DNA of 64,000 nt, taken from IMG/VR virus record IMGVR_UViG_3300025545_000003, positions 1 through 64,000 of that record, one strand, 5' to 3'. Positions 18,930 through 28,868 of this stretch are shown here, piece after piece (position 1 is the stretch's first letter; the number at the start of each line of letters is the position of its first letter). This DNA comes from a virus. The notes beneath the pieces are model-generated. The model was not told the DNA's origin and made no database searches. It saw nothing but the letters and a program-made list of their open reading frames with translations. The translations under genes and the position numbers were made by a program.

Positions 18930-20003
18930 ATGAGCGTCCTCGACCCCATCGCCCTGTTCCACGACCGCTCTGCGGCCATCAAGGAGTACCACGAGGAAAC
19001 CGGCGTGCCCCGTGCGGAACTGGACATCTCGGGCGGCATCGACAGCGCCGTGATGGCCTGCCTCCTCAAGGAGGCCCTCGGGGCTGACAAGATCACGATG
19101 GTCCACAGCCGGTTCTCAACCAGCGGCGATCAGACGCAGCGGGCGCAGGGGCTGGCGGACGCCTTGGGCATCCCCATGATCGACTTCAACGGCGAGGCCA
19201 TGTTCAGTGCCCTCCTTGAATCCATGGAATACGCCATCGTGCAAGCCCATGGTGGGCAGATCTGGAGCAGCATCGAAAACCGGGTTGCCTCCGACCCCAC
19301 CATCCTCGGCAGCATCCGCTCCTGCCTGCGAGCGCCTATCGGGCGAGGCTTCAACCGCCTCCTCGGCAACGGCATCCGCCACGGCACGGGGAACGAGTGC
19401 GAAGACCGCTTCATCCGCTTCTACCAAAAGGGTGGCGACGGTGAAGTGGACACCAACCCGATGGCGATGCTCACGAAGACCGAGGTGTACCAGTTGGCTT
19501 TCGCCTGCGGCGAGGTGATGGGCGACGACGTCAAGAGCGCCCTCCGCCCGATCATCGCTGCCCTCCCCTCCCCCGACCTGTGGGGCACAGGGGACGGGCA
19601 CAGCGACGAGCAGGAGTTGCTGGACTGGCTCGGCGTCCCGTTCACTTACGGGCGGGTAGACCCCGACACCGGCAAGGTGCTGCGCTTCGGGACCATCGAG
19701 CGGGTGGCCCGGTTCCTCGACAGCCAGTGGGGAGCTTGCCCCGCCATCGAGACCCGTCTGTTCATAGACGACCTCTCGCAGGACGAGATGCGGCTGCTCG
19801 TAGAGCAGGCGGTGAAGAGCCCTTGCTTCAGGGGCTGCGCCGAGTTCACGACCAGCAACGACTTCCTCATGCTGCTCCGGGCGACCCGGCGGGTGGAACG
19901 CATCACCCGCCACAAGTCCAACCCGGTGATCGCAACCCTGGGAACCCGTGAGGCGCTCGTGTCGAGCGGCCTCCTTACGAACGACCTGACCTTGGAGGAC
20001 TGA
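18930..20003 (+). CDS. nadE: NH3-dependent NAD+ synthetase
   Basis: SGGIDSAV, GTGN..E, FY.K.GDG, L.KTEV and PSPDLW...SDE motifs. Confidence 0.88.
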   Translation: MSVLDPIALFHDRSAAIKEYHEETGVPRAELDISGGIDSAVMACLLKEALGADKITMVHSRFSTSGDQTQRAQGLADALGIPMIDFNGEAMFSALLESMEYAIVQAHGGQIWSSIENRVASDPTILGSIRSCLRAPIGRGFNRLLGNGIRHGTGNECEDRFIRFYQKGGDGEVDTNPMAMLTKTEVYQLAFACGEVMGDDVKSALRPIIAALPSPDLWGTGDGHSDEQELLDWLGVPFTYGRVDPDTGKVLRFGTIERVARFLDSQWGACPAIETRLFIDDLSQDEMRLLVEQAVKSPCFRGCAEFTTSNDFLMLLRATRRVERITRHKSNPVIATLGTREALVSSGLLTNDLTLED

Positions 20004-20005
20004 CC

Positions 20006-20851
20006 ATGAAGATCCATCTCCTGATCGTCGACCCGCAGAACGACTTCTGCGACCCCAAAGGGGCCCTGTGCGTGCCGGGAGCGGACGCCGACATGCAGCG
20101 CACGGCTGACATGATCCGCCGCATCGGCCCGAAGCTCGACGACATCCACGTCACCCTCGACTCGCACCAGATGGTGCAGATCGAGCGCCCCGCCTGGTGG
20201 AAGCACGTCACGACCGGCGACATGCCCGCCCCGTTCACCGTTCTCGGCCTGACCCCGGACAACCGGATCGTCGCCGTGGACATGAGCAGCGGCTCCCCCG
20301 TCCTGACGAACGACGAGTACACGACCTTCGCCCCGTCCCTGTACGACGATGCCCGCGCCTACCTGAAGGCCCTCTCCGACGGCGGACGCTACCCGCACGT
20401 CGTGTGGACGAACCACTGCGTGGTGGGCACTTGGGGCTGGGGCATCGTGCCTGACCTCGCCGACGCCCTGTGCAAGTGGGAAGTCAGCGAGAAGGCCCGC
20501 ATCAACTACGTCGTCAAGGGCAACAACCCGAACACGGAGCACTTCAGCGGCGTCCGTGCCGAGGTGCCCGACCCGAACGACCCCTCGACGCAGGTGAACA
20601 CCGGGCTCATCTCCACGCTGGAAGAGGCGGACATGATCGCCGTCACGGGCGAGGCCCTGTCCCACTGCGTGGCCAACACGGTGCGGGACATCGCCGACCT
20701 GTTCAGCGACCCGAAGTACGTGGAGAAGCTCGTCCTGCTGACGGACGCCTCCAGCAACGTCGGCGGCTTCGACTTCCTCGGGGACGCCTTCATGGCGGAC
20801 ATGCTCGCCAAGGGCATGAAGACCTCGACCACGGTCGACTTCCTCGCCTGA
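20006..20851 (+). CDS. pncA: nicotinamidase (isochorismatase family)
   Basis: IVDPQNDF, GAL.V.GA, TLDSH, W..HC and GEALSHCV motifs. Confidence 0.85.
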   Translation: MKIHLLIVDPQNDFCDPKGALCVPGADADMQRTADMIRRIGPKLDDIHVTLDSHQMVQIERPAWWKHVTTGDMPAPFTVLGLTPDNRIVAVDMSSGSPVLTNDEYTTFAPSLYDDARAYLKALSDGGRYPHVVWTNHCVVGTWGWGIVPDLADALCKWEVSEKARINYVVKGNNPNTEHFSGVRAEVPDPNDPSTQVNTGLISTLEEADMIAVTGEALSHCVANTVRDIADLFSDPKYVEKLVLLTDASSNVGGFDFLGDAFMADMLAKGMKTSTTVDFLA

Positions 20852-21039
20852 TGCCACGGCGGACGGAGAAGAAGGCTCGGCGGGAACGCCGGGAGGTGGC
20901 CCGTGTCCGGGCACTCGTCCTCGACCCAGGGAACGGGTGCCCGGACATTGAGCGGGCTGACGCCAAGGTACTGCTCGATGAGATAGACCGTCTGGCCGCA
21001 AGGCTGGACAGGGCAGACATACAGAGAACCGAATCCTGA
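20851..21039 (+). CDS. hypothetical protein
   Basis: TGATG overlap with pncA. Confidence 0.5.
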   Translation: MPRRTEKKARRERREVARVRALVLDPGNGCPDIERADAKVLLDEIDRLAARLDRADIQRTES

Positions 21040-21054
21040 AGGAGGAACTACATC

Positions 21055-21813
21055 ATGGCACGTTTGGGACAGACCGATGGCATGCAGGCCCACCAGATCG
21101 GTGGGACGACTTTCCAGTTCTCGGCGGCACGGATCGAGACCCTCGGGGCCAGCGAGTACACGCTCGTGGTCGTGGCGGTCGACGTGTCGTCCTCGCTCTA
21201 CGGGCACGGTGACGCCCTCGACAAGCTCCTCGGCACCATCGTCGAAGCCTGCCGCAAGAGCCCCCGTGCGGACAACATCATGCTGCGGGTGATCATGTTC
21301 AACCGCAGCATCAGCGAGTTCCACGGCTTCCGTCCGTTGCCCGACCTCAACCCGGCGGACTACAACGGTTCGTGCAACCCCTCCGGCACCACGGCGCTCT
21401 ACGACGCCGCCTACAGCGGCATCGAGTCCTGCCTCCAGTACGGCAAGGACCTCGTGGCGCAGGACTTCGACGTCAACGCCGCCGTGTTCGTCCTGACGGA
21501 CGGCATGGACAACGAGTCGAAGGTCACGCCCCGGATGATCAAGGACGCCCTCGACGGTGCCATGAAGTCCGAGGCGGTCGAGTCCATCATGCCCGTCCTG
21601 ATCGGCATCGGTGACGGGGCCTCCGACGACGTGTCCCAGTTGAGCGCCTACTTGGAGCGCTTCAAGACCGAGGCTGGCTTCCAGCAGTACGTCTTCGCCG
21701 GGACGGTCAACAGCGGCACGCTGGCGAAGGTCGCGGGCTTCGTGTCCAAGAGCGTCTCCAGCCAGAGCCAGAGCCTCGGCACGGGCGGCCCCAGCCAATC
21801 TCTTGCTTTTTAG
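21055..21813 (+). CDS. TerY-like vWA domain protein
   Basis: MIDAS DVSSS, GTTALYDA and LTDG motifs. Confidence 0.8.
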   Translation: MARLGQTDGMQAHQIGGTTFQFSAARIETLGASEYTLVVVAVDVSSSLYGHGDALDKLLGTIVEACRKSPRADNIMLRVIMFNRSISEFHGFRPLPDLNPADYNGSCNPSGTTALYDAAYSGIESCLQYGKDLVAQDFDVNAAVFVLTDGMDNESKVTPRMIKDALDGAMKSEAVESIMPVLIGIGDGASDDVSQLSAYLERFKTEAGFQQYVFAGTVNSGTLAKVAGFVSKSVSSQSQSLGTGGPSQSLAF

Positions 21814-21873
21814 TCTGTCCGGTGTTACGGGTACTTAGACACCAGAAGGGTGCAGTACCCGACCGGAGGACAG

Positions 21874-22626
21874 ATGGAAGGCAAGCGGGTCGGCAAGTGG
21901 ACAGTGATCGCACCGGCAGGGCACGACAAGCACAAGATGAGGTTGTGGCTCTGCCGGTGTGGTTGCGGTTATGAGAGGACGTTCGGGACATCCTACCTGA
22001 ATACAGGGCAACCGTCCGCATGCCCTGACTGCCGCAAGTCCCTGAGAGGAACGGCGGAACAGGAATTGAAGGATCAACTTCTCGGCCTAAAGGTGGGGAA
22101 GTACACCGTAACCAAGCTGGCAGGGTACAACAAGTACGGTGGACGGATGTGGCTTTGCCGGTGCGAGTGCGGGTTCGAGAGGACGTTCGGAACGGCATAT
22201 CTGTCAGGGAATGGAAAACGTAAGGCAACTCAATGCCCCGAGTGCTTGCACAAAGAAAGGGAACTGATGAACCGCACTGTGTCTGAGTTGCCAGATCGGT
22301 TCTGGTCCCGTCTAGTGGCACAAGCCGTCAGGCGTGGGATCTCTGTCACCCTTACACAAGAGGAAGCCCGAACCTTGTTCCAAGACCATGGGTGCAGATG
22401 TGCCCTGACAGGGGAACCCCTCTATTTCACACGGCTGCGGACAAACTACAGTCGGTACACGACGGCGTCTTTGGACAGGATCGATTCGGAAAAACCTTAT
22501 GAGAAAGGGAACGTTCAGTGGGTTCACAAGGACGTAAACATGATGAAGGGACGGCTTACGCAAGCCTCTTTCATGAGGTGGTGTGCCCTTGTGGCGGGCG
22601 GCCCCTCGCAGTCCCTCGCCTTCTAG
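21874..22626 (+). mobile_element. free-standing HNH homing endonuclease inserted at the 3' end of the vWA gene
   Basis: two WLCRC.CG repeats; SLDRID...Y..GNVQWVH..VN.MK; lower GC; duplicated GGPSQSLAF terminus. Confidence 0.8.
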
Positions 22627-22690
22627 GCCACCACCGATAGTGCGTAGGGCAACCGGGGAGGGGCCGTTGGGGGTTCTTATGCCCTTCCCC

Positions 22691-22718
22691 GGCTTAGCCC
22701 TTTTCACCACCGGGTAGA
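22691..22718 (+). promoter_or_regulatory. putative phage promoter
   Basis: GGCTTAG-N13-CGGGTAGA. Confidence 0.7.
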
Positions 22719-22752
22719 AGAAGCAGAACCAGATCTCGTGGAGCAACGTGGG

Positions 22753-23106
22753 ATGAGCAAACCCAAGACAGACTTTCTCGGCCAACCCTTCACGGAGGGC
22801 GGCTGGATTGCTGCCACGGGCAAGGGCAACAGCCACGCTGAGTACGGGATGATCCTCTACCAGATCACGGAGATCCTGCCGGACAAGCTGAAGGCACGAC
22901 GACTCCGGGTCTCCTACAAGGACCGCAAGCCATCGGTGACGGTCGGCAACGTCCGGGTCAGCAACCCGAACAAGTACATCGTGGTCCACCCCCCGGCACA
23001 GGTGACCGATCTGTTCCAGCGTGCCGTCGACAGCGTCCTCACGGATGCCGACTGCACCCTGATCGGGAAGTGGATCCACGGCATGGAGGAGGGTCTGTTC
23101 GCATGA
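22753..23106 (+). CDS. hypothetical protein
   Basis: ORF directly after a promoter motif. Confidence 0.6.
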   Translation: MSKPKTDFLGQPFTEGGWIAATGKGNSHAEYGMILYQITEILPDKLKARRLRVSYKDRKPSVTVGNVRVSNPNKYIVVHPPAQVTDLFQRAVDSVLTDADCTLIGKWIHGMEEGLFA

Positions 23107-23918
23107 ACGCTGATCACCATTTCGCCATCGGCAGCACCCACAAGGTCTGCGAGGACTACGCCCGCTCCGGGGAGACCCCCGGCGGCAGGCCCTACGCTGT
23201 GGTCGCCGACGGCTGCTCCTCCAGCCCGGACACGGACTTCGGTTCCCGGTTCCTCACCATGACAGCCATCGAGTGCCTGACCCTCTACGGGATGATCAAG
23301 CCTGAGTGGGTGGCGTGGCGCACGAAGGACCGAGTGTCCCTGCCCCTGCCCGTTCGCTGCCTAGACGCCACCCTGTTGACCCTGCTCGGCAACGACGATG
23401 AGATCTACGCCTCGGTGGCGGGAGACGGCGTTGTCGTAGCCAAGTACCGGGACGGCAAGGTCATGGTGCTAGACGTGGACTACAAGGGAGCCCCCGGCTA
23501 CCTGTCCTACCTGCTCGACCAGTCCCGGTTCGACCTCTACATCTCCGAAGGGTACGGCATCCGCACCGCCAAGGTGTACGTCGACGGCGTGGAGACAACG
23601 GTCATCGAGGACGGGTTCAAGATCACGACCCCGGACGAGTTCGAGACCGGGATGAACTTCAGCCTCGCCGAGTGCGAGATGGTCATGGTCTGCACCGACG
23701 GCGTCCACTCGTTCGTAGACGCCGACCACAACCCCGTGCCGATGCTCGACGTCGTCCAGCACCTCGTCAGTATCAAGAGCTACACGGGCGAGTTCCTTCA
23801 ACGCCGCCTCCGCCGGTTCCTGACCAAGACCTGCCCGAACCTCGGGTGGACTCACGGGGACGACCTCGGGGTGGCCGCCATTTACATCCCCGAACCGGAG
23901 GAGGCCCCCGATGCGTAA
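23103..23918 (+). CDS. PP2C-like protein phosphatase
   Basis: G..H..CED, VADGCSS, GDG, TDG and DD motifs. Confidence 0.85.
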   Translation: MNADHHFAIGSTHKVCEDYARSGETPGGRPYAVVADGCSSSPDTDFGSRFLTMTAIECLTLYGMIKPEWVAWRTKDRVSLPLPVRCLDATLLTLLGNDDEIYASVAGDGVVVAKYRDGKVMVLDVDYKGAPGYLSYLLDQSRFDLYISEGYGIRTAKVYVDGVETTVIEDGFKITTPDEFETGMNFSLAECEMVMVCTDGVHSFVDADHNPVPMLDVVQHLVSIKSYTGEFLQRRLRRFLTKTCPNLGWTHGDDLGVAAIYIPEPEEAPDA

Positions 23919-24168
23919 AGGCTGGACAGTCATCGAGTTGCTCGTCGTCCTCGCCATCATCGCCATCTGTGCGCTGGTGGTCGGCGTGTTCGTCCAACAT
24001 GGGTGTGAGCAGGACGCACAGAGATCCTTCTGCGTGGCGAAGGGTCACATCGGGGCACAGGAATCCATCATCGACTCCTTCAAGGAGGAGTTTCACTGCG
24101 TCACCCAAGAGGGGAAGCTCGACGGCCCCTATGCGTCGGGCGCTGCGCCCTGTGGCAAGAAGGACTGA
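23911..24168 (+). CDS. type IV pilin-like protein with prepilin cleavage/methylation signal
   Basis: MRKG|WTVIELLVVLAIIAI. Confidence 0.7.
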   Translation: MRKGWTVIELLVVLAIIAICALVVGVFVQHGCEQDAQRSFCVAKGHIGAQESIIDSFKEEFHCVTQEGKLDGPYASGAAPCGKKD

Positions 24169-24169
24169 C

Positions 24170-24475
24170 ATGAGCGACCTCGCCCCAGCAACTACCCAAC
24201 GGCCAGAGCCGTTTGTCGAGTACCACCGGGACCATCCCGAACTGGATACCACTGCGCTCCGTCGGTTCGTGACGAAGTGGCGAGAGATGGGCCACCCTGA
24301 GTTGGGGGAGGTTTGGCGAGATCCCGGTGGGGGCTGGATCCGATGGCTGTGGTTCAAGGACAACGATGGGATGCATCACTGCTTGTGGATTCCTAGCCTC
24401 GTTAACTCGAAACCTTCCCTGACAGACGACGAGACGAAGCTCCTCGTTTACTTGAGGGCAGGAGGATCTGCATGA
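24170..24475 (+). CDS. hypothetical protein
   Basis: AAGGA RBS; operon chain. Confidence 0.5.
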   Translation: MSDLAPATTQRPEPFVEYHRDHPELDTTALRRFVTKWREMGHPELGEVWRDPGGGWIRWLWFKDNDGMHHCLWIPSLVNSKPSLTDDETKLLVYLRAGGSA

Positions 24476-26154
24476 AAGTCTGGGTCAAGGGGCAGAACAG
24501 CCCGATCAGCCTTACGCAACGGGACTACGTCGGCGAGGGCGGTGAGGGGAAGATCCACGCCAAGGGCGGCATCGCCTACAAGACCTACCACGACCCGAAC
24601 AAGATGCTCCCCCACGGGAAGGTTCAAGCCCTACAGGCGATCCAAGATCCGAACGTGATCCGCCCGCAGGCCCTTCTCGAAGACCAGCAGGGCAAGCCCA
24701 TCGGTTACACGATGCGCTTCATCCCGGACGCTTGGGCCTTGTGCCAGTTGTTCCCCAAGGTGTTCCGTGACAGGAACAACCTTGACCACCCGATGATGCA
24801 GCGCCTTGTCCTGAAGCTCCAACACGTCATGAAGGGCGTCCACGTTGCAGGCGTCCTACTGGTCGACGCCAACGAGATGAACTTCCTCGTGTCCAAGGAC
24901 TTCGCCGAGATCTACGCCATCGACGCCGACAGCTACCAGACCCCCAACTACCCGGCCACGGCCATCATGCCGTCGGTCAGGGACTGGACGATTACGCCCC
25001 CGCACTGGACGGAGGGCTCTGACTGGTACGCCTTCGCCTGCGTGTCCTTCCAGATGTTCACCGGCATCCATCCGTTCAAGGGAAAACACCCGTCCATCAA
25101 GGGACTCGAAGAGCGCATGAAGGCCGGGATCTCCGTGTTCGACCCGAAGGTCAAGGTGCCCCGTGCGACCTATGACTTTGCTGTGATCCCGCAGGCTTAC
25201 AGGGACTGGTACGAGGCCGTGTTCCTGCACGGGCGCAGAGACGCTCCTCCGGGTGACTTCAACGTGGTGGCCATCATCGTCCCGACCGTCAAGGCGGTCA
25301 CGGGCACCGACCTCATCGAGGTGATCGAGTTGGGCCAGTACAGCGGCAACGTCACACGGTACTGGACGACCGGCACCAAGCGGGTCGTGCTGGCAGACAC
25401 CATGTGGGTCGACCGCCGTCAGGTAGGCAAGGCACCCCCGAAGCCCTCGGGTTTGGGTTTCAGCCGGGGCTACGTCCCGGTGCTGGTGGACTCCTCCACG
25501 GACGTCCCCACGCTGCACAACCTCCAAGACCAGACCACGATCCCCTTCAGCCTGAAGGCCGACGAGGTGTCCAGCTACGACGGGCGCATCTACATGAGGG
25601 CCGGGGGCAACCTGTTGGAGATCAAGCTGACGGACGCAGGGAACAAGGTGATCGCTTCTACGCAAGCGGTGGCCAACGTCCTGCCCAACGCTTCCCATCT
25701 GTACCCCGGCGTCCTCTTACAGGACATGCTCGGGTCGACCTTTGCGTCCCTCCTCATTCGTTCCGGGGCCTCACAACAGGTTCGGATCAAGGAGTTGGAT
25801 GAGTACCGTGTGCTGGATGCCAAGTACGACAGCGGCGTCCTCATGGCTGTGGGCGAGAAGAAGGGCCAGTTTGACCGGCTCGTGTTCCGCTTCGACGAGA
25901 CCTTCACCACCTACGACGTGAGGATCGTTGAGGACATCCAGCCGACTGGCCTCAACTTCGTGACCCTCGACTCCGGGGTCTGTGTCTGCCTGAACGAGGA
26001 CGACAAGCTCGAACTGTTCAGCCACCGCAAGGGTTCCAGCAAGGTCAAGGAGATCGAAGACCCCGCCATCAGCGGTGACATGCGACTTGGCAAGGAGGGC
26101 GGCGTGGTGTTGTTCTCCCGTGGCGACCGCCTGTACCGGATGAGGTTGAAGTAG
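24472..26154 (+). CDS. Ser/Thr protein kinase (YegI/TerY-P type)
   Basis: GEGGEG, AYK, D.N..NFLV, IDADSYQ, DWYAF and GIHPF motifs. Confidence 0.85.
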   Translation: MKVWVKGQNSPISLTQRDYVGEGGEGKIHAKGGIAYKTYHDPNKMLPHGKVQALQAIQDPNVIRPQALLEDQQGKPIGYTMRFIPDAWALCQLFPKVFRDRNNLDHPMMQRLVLKLQHVMKGVHVAGVLLVDANEMNFLVSKDFAEIYAIDADSYQTPNYPATAIMPSVRDWTITPPHWTEGSDWYAFACVSFQMFTGIHPFKGKHPSIKGLEERMKAGISVFDPKVKVPRATYDFAVIPQAYRDWYEAVFLHGRRDAPPGDFNVVAIIVPTVKAVTGTDLIEVIELGQYSGNVTRYWTTGTKRVVLADTMWVDRRQVGKAPPKPSGLGFSRGYVPVLVDSSTDVPTLHNLQDQTTIPFSLKADEVSSYDGRIYMRAGGNLLEIKLTDAGNKVIASTQAVANVLPNASHLYPGVLLQDMLGSTFASLLIRSGASQQVRIKELDEYRVLDAKYDSGVLMAVGEKKGQFDRLVFRFDETFTTYDVRIVEDIQPTGLNFVTLDSGVCVCLNEDDKLELFSHRKGSSKVKEIEDPAISGDMRLGKEGGVVLFSRGDRLYRMRLK

Positions 26155-26445
26155 ATGAACCCCCTCGTCATCAAACACATTGACTGCCCCGTGTGCCACG
26201 CCCCCAAGGGCCAGCCCTGCACCCGTGCGAACGGCTGTGGCATGCGGCTGGACGACTTCATGAGGGACGGCCCGCTAGAAGCCCGCCTCGACCTGCACAT
26301 CGACGACAGCATCGCCCTACCACAGCACAAGGACGAGCCTCCGCTGTGGGTGTCTCAAGGGGAGATCGAGGAGGCCAAGGCGTCCGGGCTGTGGGGTACT
26401 GTGGAAGCCCGTGTGAGGGATCGAATAGCCAAGGAACAAGAATGA
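26155..26445 (+). CDS. zinc-finger hypothetical protein
   Basis: CP.C.A..G.PC motif. Confidence 0.55.
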   Translation: MNPLVIKHIDCPVCHAPKGQPCTRANGCGMRLDDFMRDGPLEARLDLHIDDSIALPQHKDEPPLWVSQGEIEEAKASGLWGTVEARVRDRIAKEQE

Positions 26446-27014
26446 AGCAGAACGAACTGGTAGCCCTGATCGATATGGACGGAACCGTCGCTGACTTCGA
26501 CGGCCAGATGCAGCGGGATCTGGAGGCCATGCGGGGGCCGGACGAGGCCCCTTACGAGGCCCACCCCGGAAAGCACCCGAGGCACATCGAAGCCCGCATG
26601 CGGATCATCAAGCAGCGCCCCGGCTGGTGGCGGGAACTCCCGACCCTCCGGTTCGGGATGCGTATGATCTCCGCCCTGAAATCCCACGGGTTCACCCTCA
26701 ACGTCTTGACCAAGGGGCCGTTCCGCAACACCCCTGCATGGACGGAGAAGGTGGAGTGGTGCCGGGAGCACCTCCCCGGCGTGGCCGTGACGATCACGGA
26801 GGACAAGGGCCTCTCCTACGGCAAGGTGCTGATGGACGACTACCCGCCGTACATCGAGCGTTGGCTGGAGTGGCGGCCCCGTGGCCTCGTCATCATGCCC
26901 GACCAGAAGTGGAACAAGGACTTCACCCACCCCAACGTGATCCGGTGGGATGGCTCTACGGAAGCCCTCACTGAAATCACCACCCGCCTCAAGGCCATCG
27001 TGGAGGCCCCATGA
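26442..27014 (+). CDS. 5'(3')-deoxyribonucleotidase (HAD/NT5C family)
   Basis: DMDGTVAD, K.EW, LMDD and WN motifs. Confidence 0.8.
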   Translation: MKQNELVALIDMDGTVADFDGQMQRDLEAMRGPDEAPYEAHPGKHPRHIEARMRIIKQRPGWWRELPTLRFGMRMISALKSHGFTLNVLTKGPFRNTPAWTEKVEWCREHLPGVAVTITEDKGLSYGKVLMDDYPPYIERWLEWRPRGLVIMPDQKWNKDFTHPNVIRWDGSTEALTEITTRLKAIVEAP

Positions 27015-27781
27015 GAAACCTCGCCCCTCTCCAACAGCCCGACCAGAAGTGGGCGCTCTACGACAGGCATACCCACGACTTCGTGCGGCTCAACGCCCCC
27101 AGGAGCGTCGTTGAGACGGCGCTCAAAAGCCTCATGGGCATTTCCAGTGCCGCCGCAAGGGCAGAGGCCGACCGGGCCGACTTGCACGAGGACTGGTGGG
27201 CGGACGCAGTGGCTGACTCCGTCGAGGCCCACGGGCCAAGGGCGGCGGGCATCCTCGACACCCTCCTCGCTGACGGGCGGCATACCCACAACGAGATGGG
27301 CCTCATCGCACGCACCCAGACGGTTCACCTCTCCGTCAACGGCCCTGAGCCGGAGCCGATGAGGAACCCCTGCGCCGAGATCTCGTTGCAGCCCTGTGTC
27401 CTGGGTAGCAGGCACATCGCCATCCGTGAGATCCTGATGCCCAAGGACTTGAACCACCACGGGGTCGCCTTCGGCGGTTGGGTCCTGTCCAAGATCGATC
27501 TGGCCGGTGCGGTAGAAGCTAGACGGCATACGCAGCACGACGTCGTGACCCGGTTCATGAACGGGATCGAGTTCACCCACCCTGTGAAGGTGGGCGACCA
27601 GGTCACCTTCTACACGTCGCTGGTCTGTATCGGGAACACCTCCATCACCGTCAAGGTGGAGATCGAGGCCAGCAGGGACGGCAAGGACGCCCCCATCGCT
27701 GTCACAGCGGCGGAGATCGTCTACGTGACCGTCAAGCGGGACGCCACGGGCAACATCCACAAGGTGCCCGTCAAGGGGTAG
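27011..27781 (+). CDS. hotdog acyl-CoA thioesterase (YciA-like) with N-terminal extension
   Basis: MPKDLN.HG..FGGW.LS..D and GNTSI motifs. Confidence 0.75.
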   Translation: MRNLAPLQQPDQKWALYDRHTHDFVRLNAPRSVVETALKSLMGISSAAARAEADRADLHEDWWADAVADSVEAHGPRAAGILDTLLADGRHTHNEMGLIARTQTVHLSVNGPEPEPMRNPCAEISLQPCVLGSRHIAIREILMPKDLNHHGVAFGGWVLSKIDLAGAVEARRHTQHDVVTRFMNGIEFTHPVKVGDQVTFYTSLVCIGNTSITVKVEIEASRDGKDAPIAVTAAEIVYVTVKRDATGNIHKVPVKG

Positions 27782-27824
27782 CCCGACCGGGGACGCTGTT
27801 CGGGTAGAGTCCCCCGGAGGTGAC

Positions 27825-28868
27825 ATGGACTACATCGGCTCCAAGGCCAAGCTGCTCGACTGGATCTTCGGGCACGCCGAACGGCACATGCAGATTCTGG
27901 GGATTGATCCCGCCAAGTCTACGTTCTTGGACGCTTGCATGGGGACAGGTGCGGTCACGTTCAAGGCATTGATGACGTTCCAAAAGGTCATCGCCCTCGA
28001 CCTGCTTGCGTTCCCGGCTGTTCGGGTCAACGGCCTGACCACCCTGACAGAGGATGAGGCCCTCGAGAGTGCCACCCATCTGGAGTTGATCTCCGGGCTG
28101 GAGGGGATCGAGGGCTTCTTCTACCGTGAGTACTCACCCGCTGGAAACCGCATGTACCTCACAGAGGACAACGCCAAGCGGGTAGACGCCACCAGACAGT
28201 ACATTGAGAGCGTCAGGAGTCCCCGTGTGCGGGCTTACCTGCTCTACTGTGGGATAGAGGCCATGTCCCGTGTCCTCAACACAGCAGGGACGCAGGGGGC
28301 CTATCTGAAGCACTGGCAGGACAAGGCCCTGAATCCGTACTTCCCGAAGGACGAGATCCTCGTGGCCATGAGTGCCGACGTCACAGCGATGCAGGACGAC
28401 ATCCTCGTGTACCTTGACCATCCGGGCAGGGCACCGGAGGACGTGCTGTACATCGACCCGCCGTACAACAACCGCCAGTACGGCCCCAACTACCACCTCT
28501 ACGATACCTTCGTGATGAACGACAACCCGAGGGTCAAGGGCGTGACCGGGCTCCGCCCGTACCCCCGCTCCACGTTCAGCGGCAAGGCCGAGGACGTGGC
28601 CGACCTGATCCGGGCGATCATGAAGCGGACGACGGCCAAGCTCGTCCTCATCAGCTACAGTTCTGACGGGACACTCAGCCGGGATGAGATGGAGCAGTGC
28701 ATGCTGGAGGGGTTCCAGCACACCGAGATGGAGATCCAGGTCCGGGCCTACAAGCGGTACAAGGCAGACGCCTCCGATGATCGGACGTATTCTGACTCGC
28801 TTCTACGAGAGTACCTGTTCATCATCCGGCATCGCCCGGAGCAATCAGGGCTAAACGACCTCTGGTGA
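27825..28868 (+). CDS. D12-class N6-adenine DNA methyltransferase
   Basis: YIGSK, D.CMGTG.V, YIDPPY and SYS.DG motifs. Confidence 0.85.
   Translation: MDYIGSKAKLLDWIFGHAERHMQILGIDPAKSTFLDACMGTGAVTFKALMTFQKVIALDLLAFPAVRVNGLTTLTEDEALESATHLELISGLEGIEGFFYREYSPAGNRMYLTEDNAKRVDATRQYIESVRSPRVRAYLLYCGIEAMSRVLNTAGTQGAYLKHWQDKALNPYFPKDEILVAMSADVTAMQDDILVYLDHPGRAPEDVLYIDPPYNNRQYGPNYHLYDTFVMNDNPRVKGVTGLRPYPRSTFSGKAEDVADLIRAIMKRTTAKLVLISYSSDGTLSRDEMEQCMLEGFQHTEMEIQVRAYKRYKADASDDRTYSDSLLREYLFIIRHRPEQSGLNDLW

Noticed and set aside
27775-27808. Promoter motif before the methylase gene
   Set aside because: Only the CGGGTAGA box is present; there is no GGCTTAG at 13-nt spacing. The site at 872-899 is similar.
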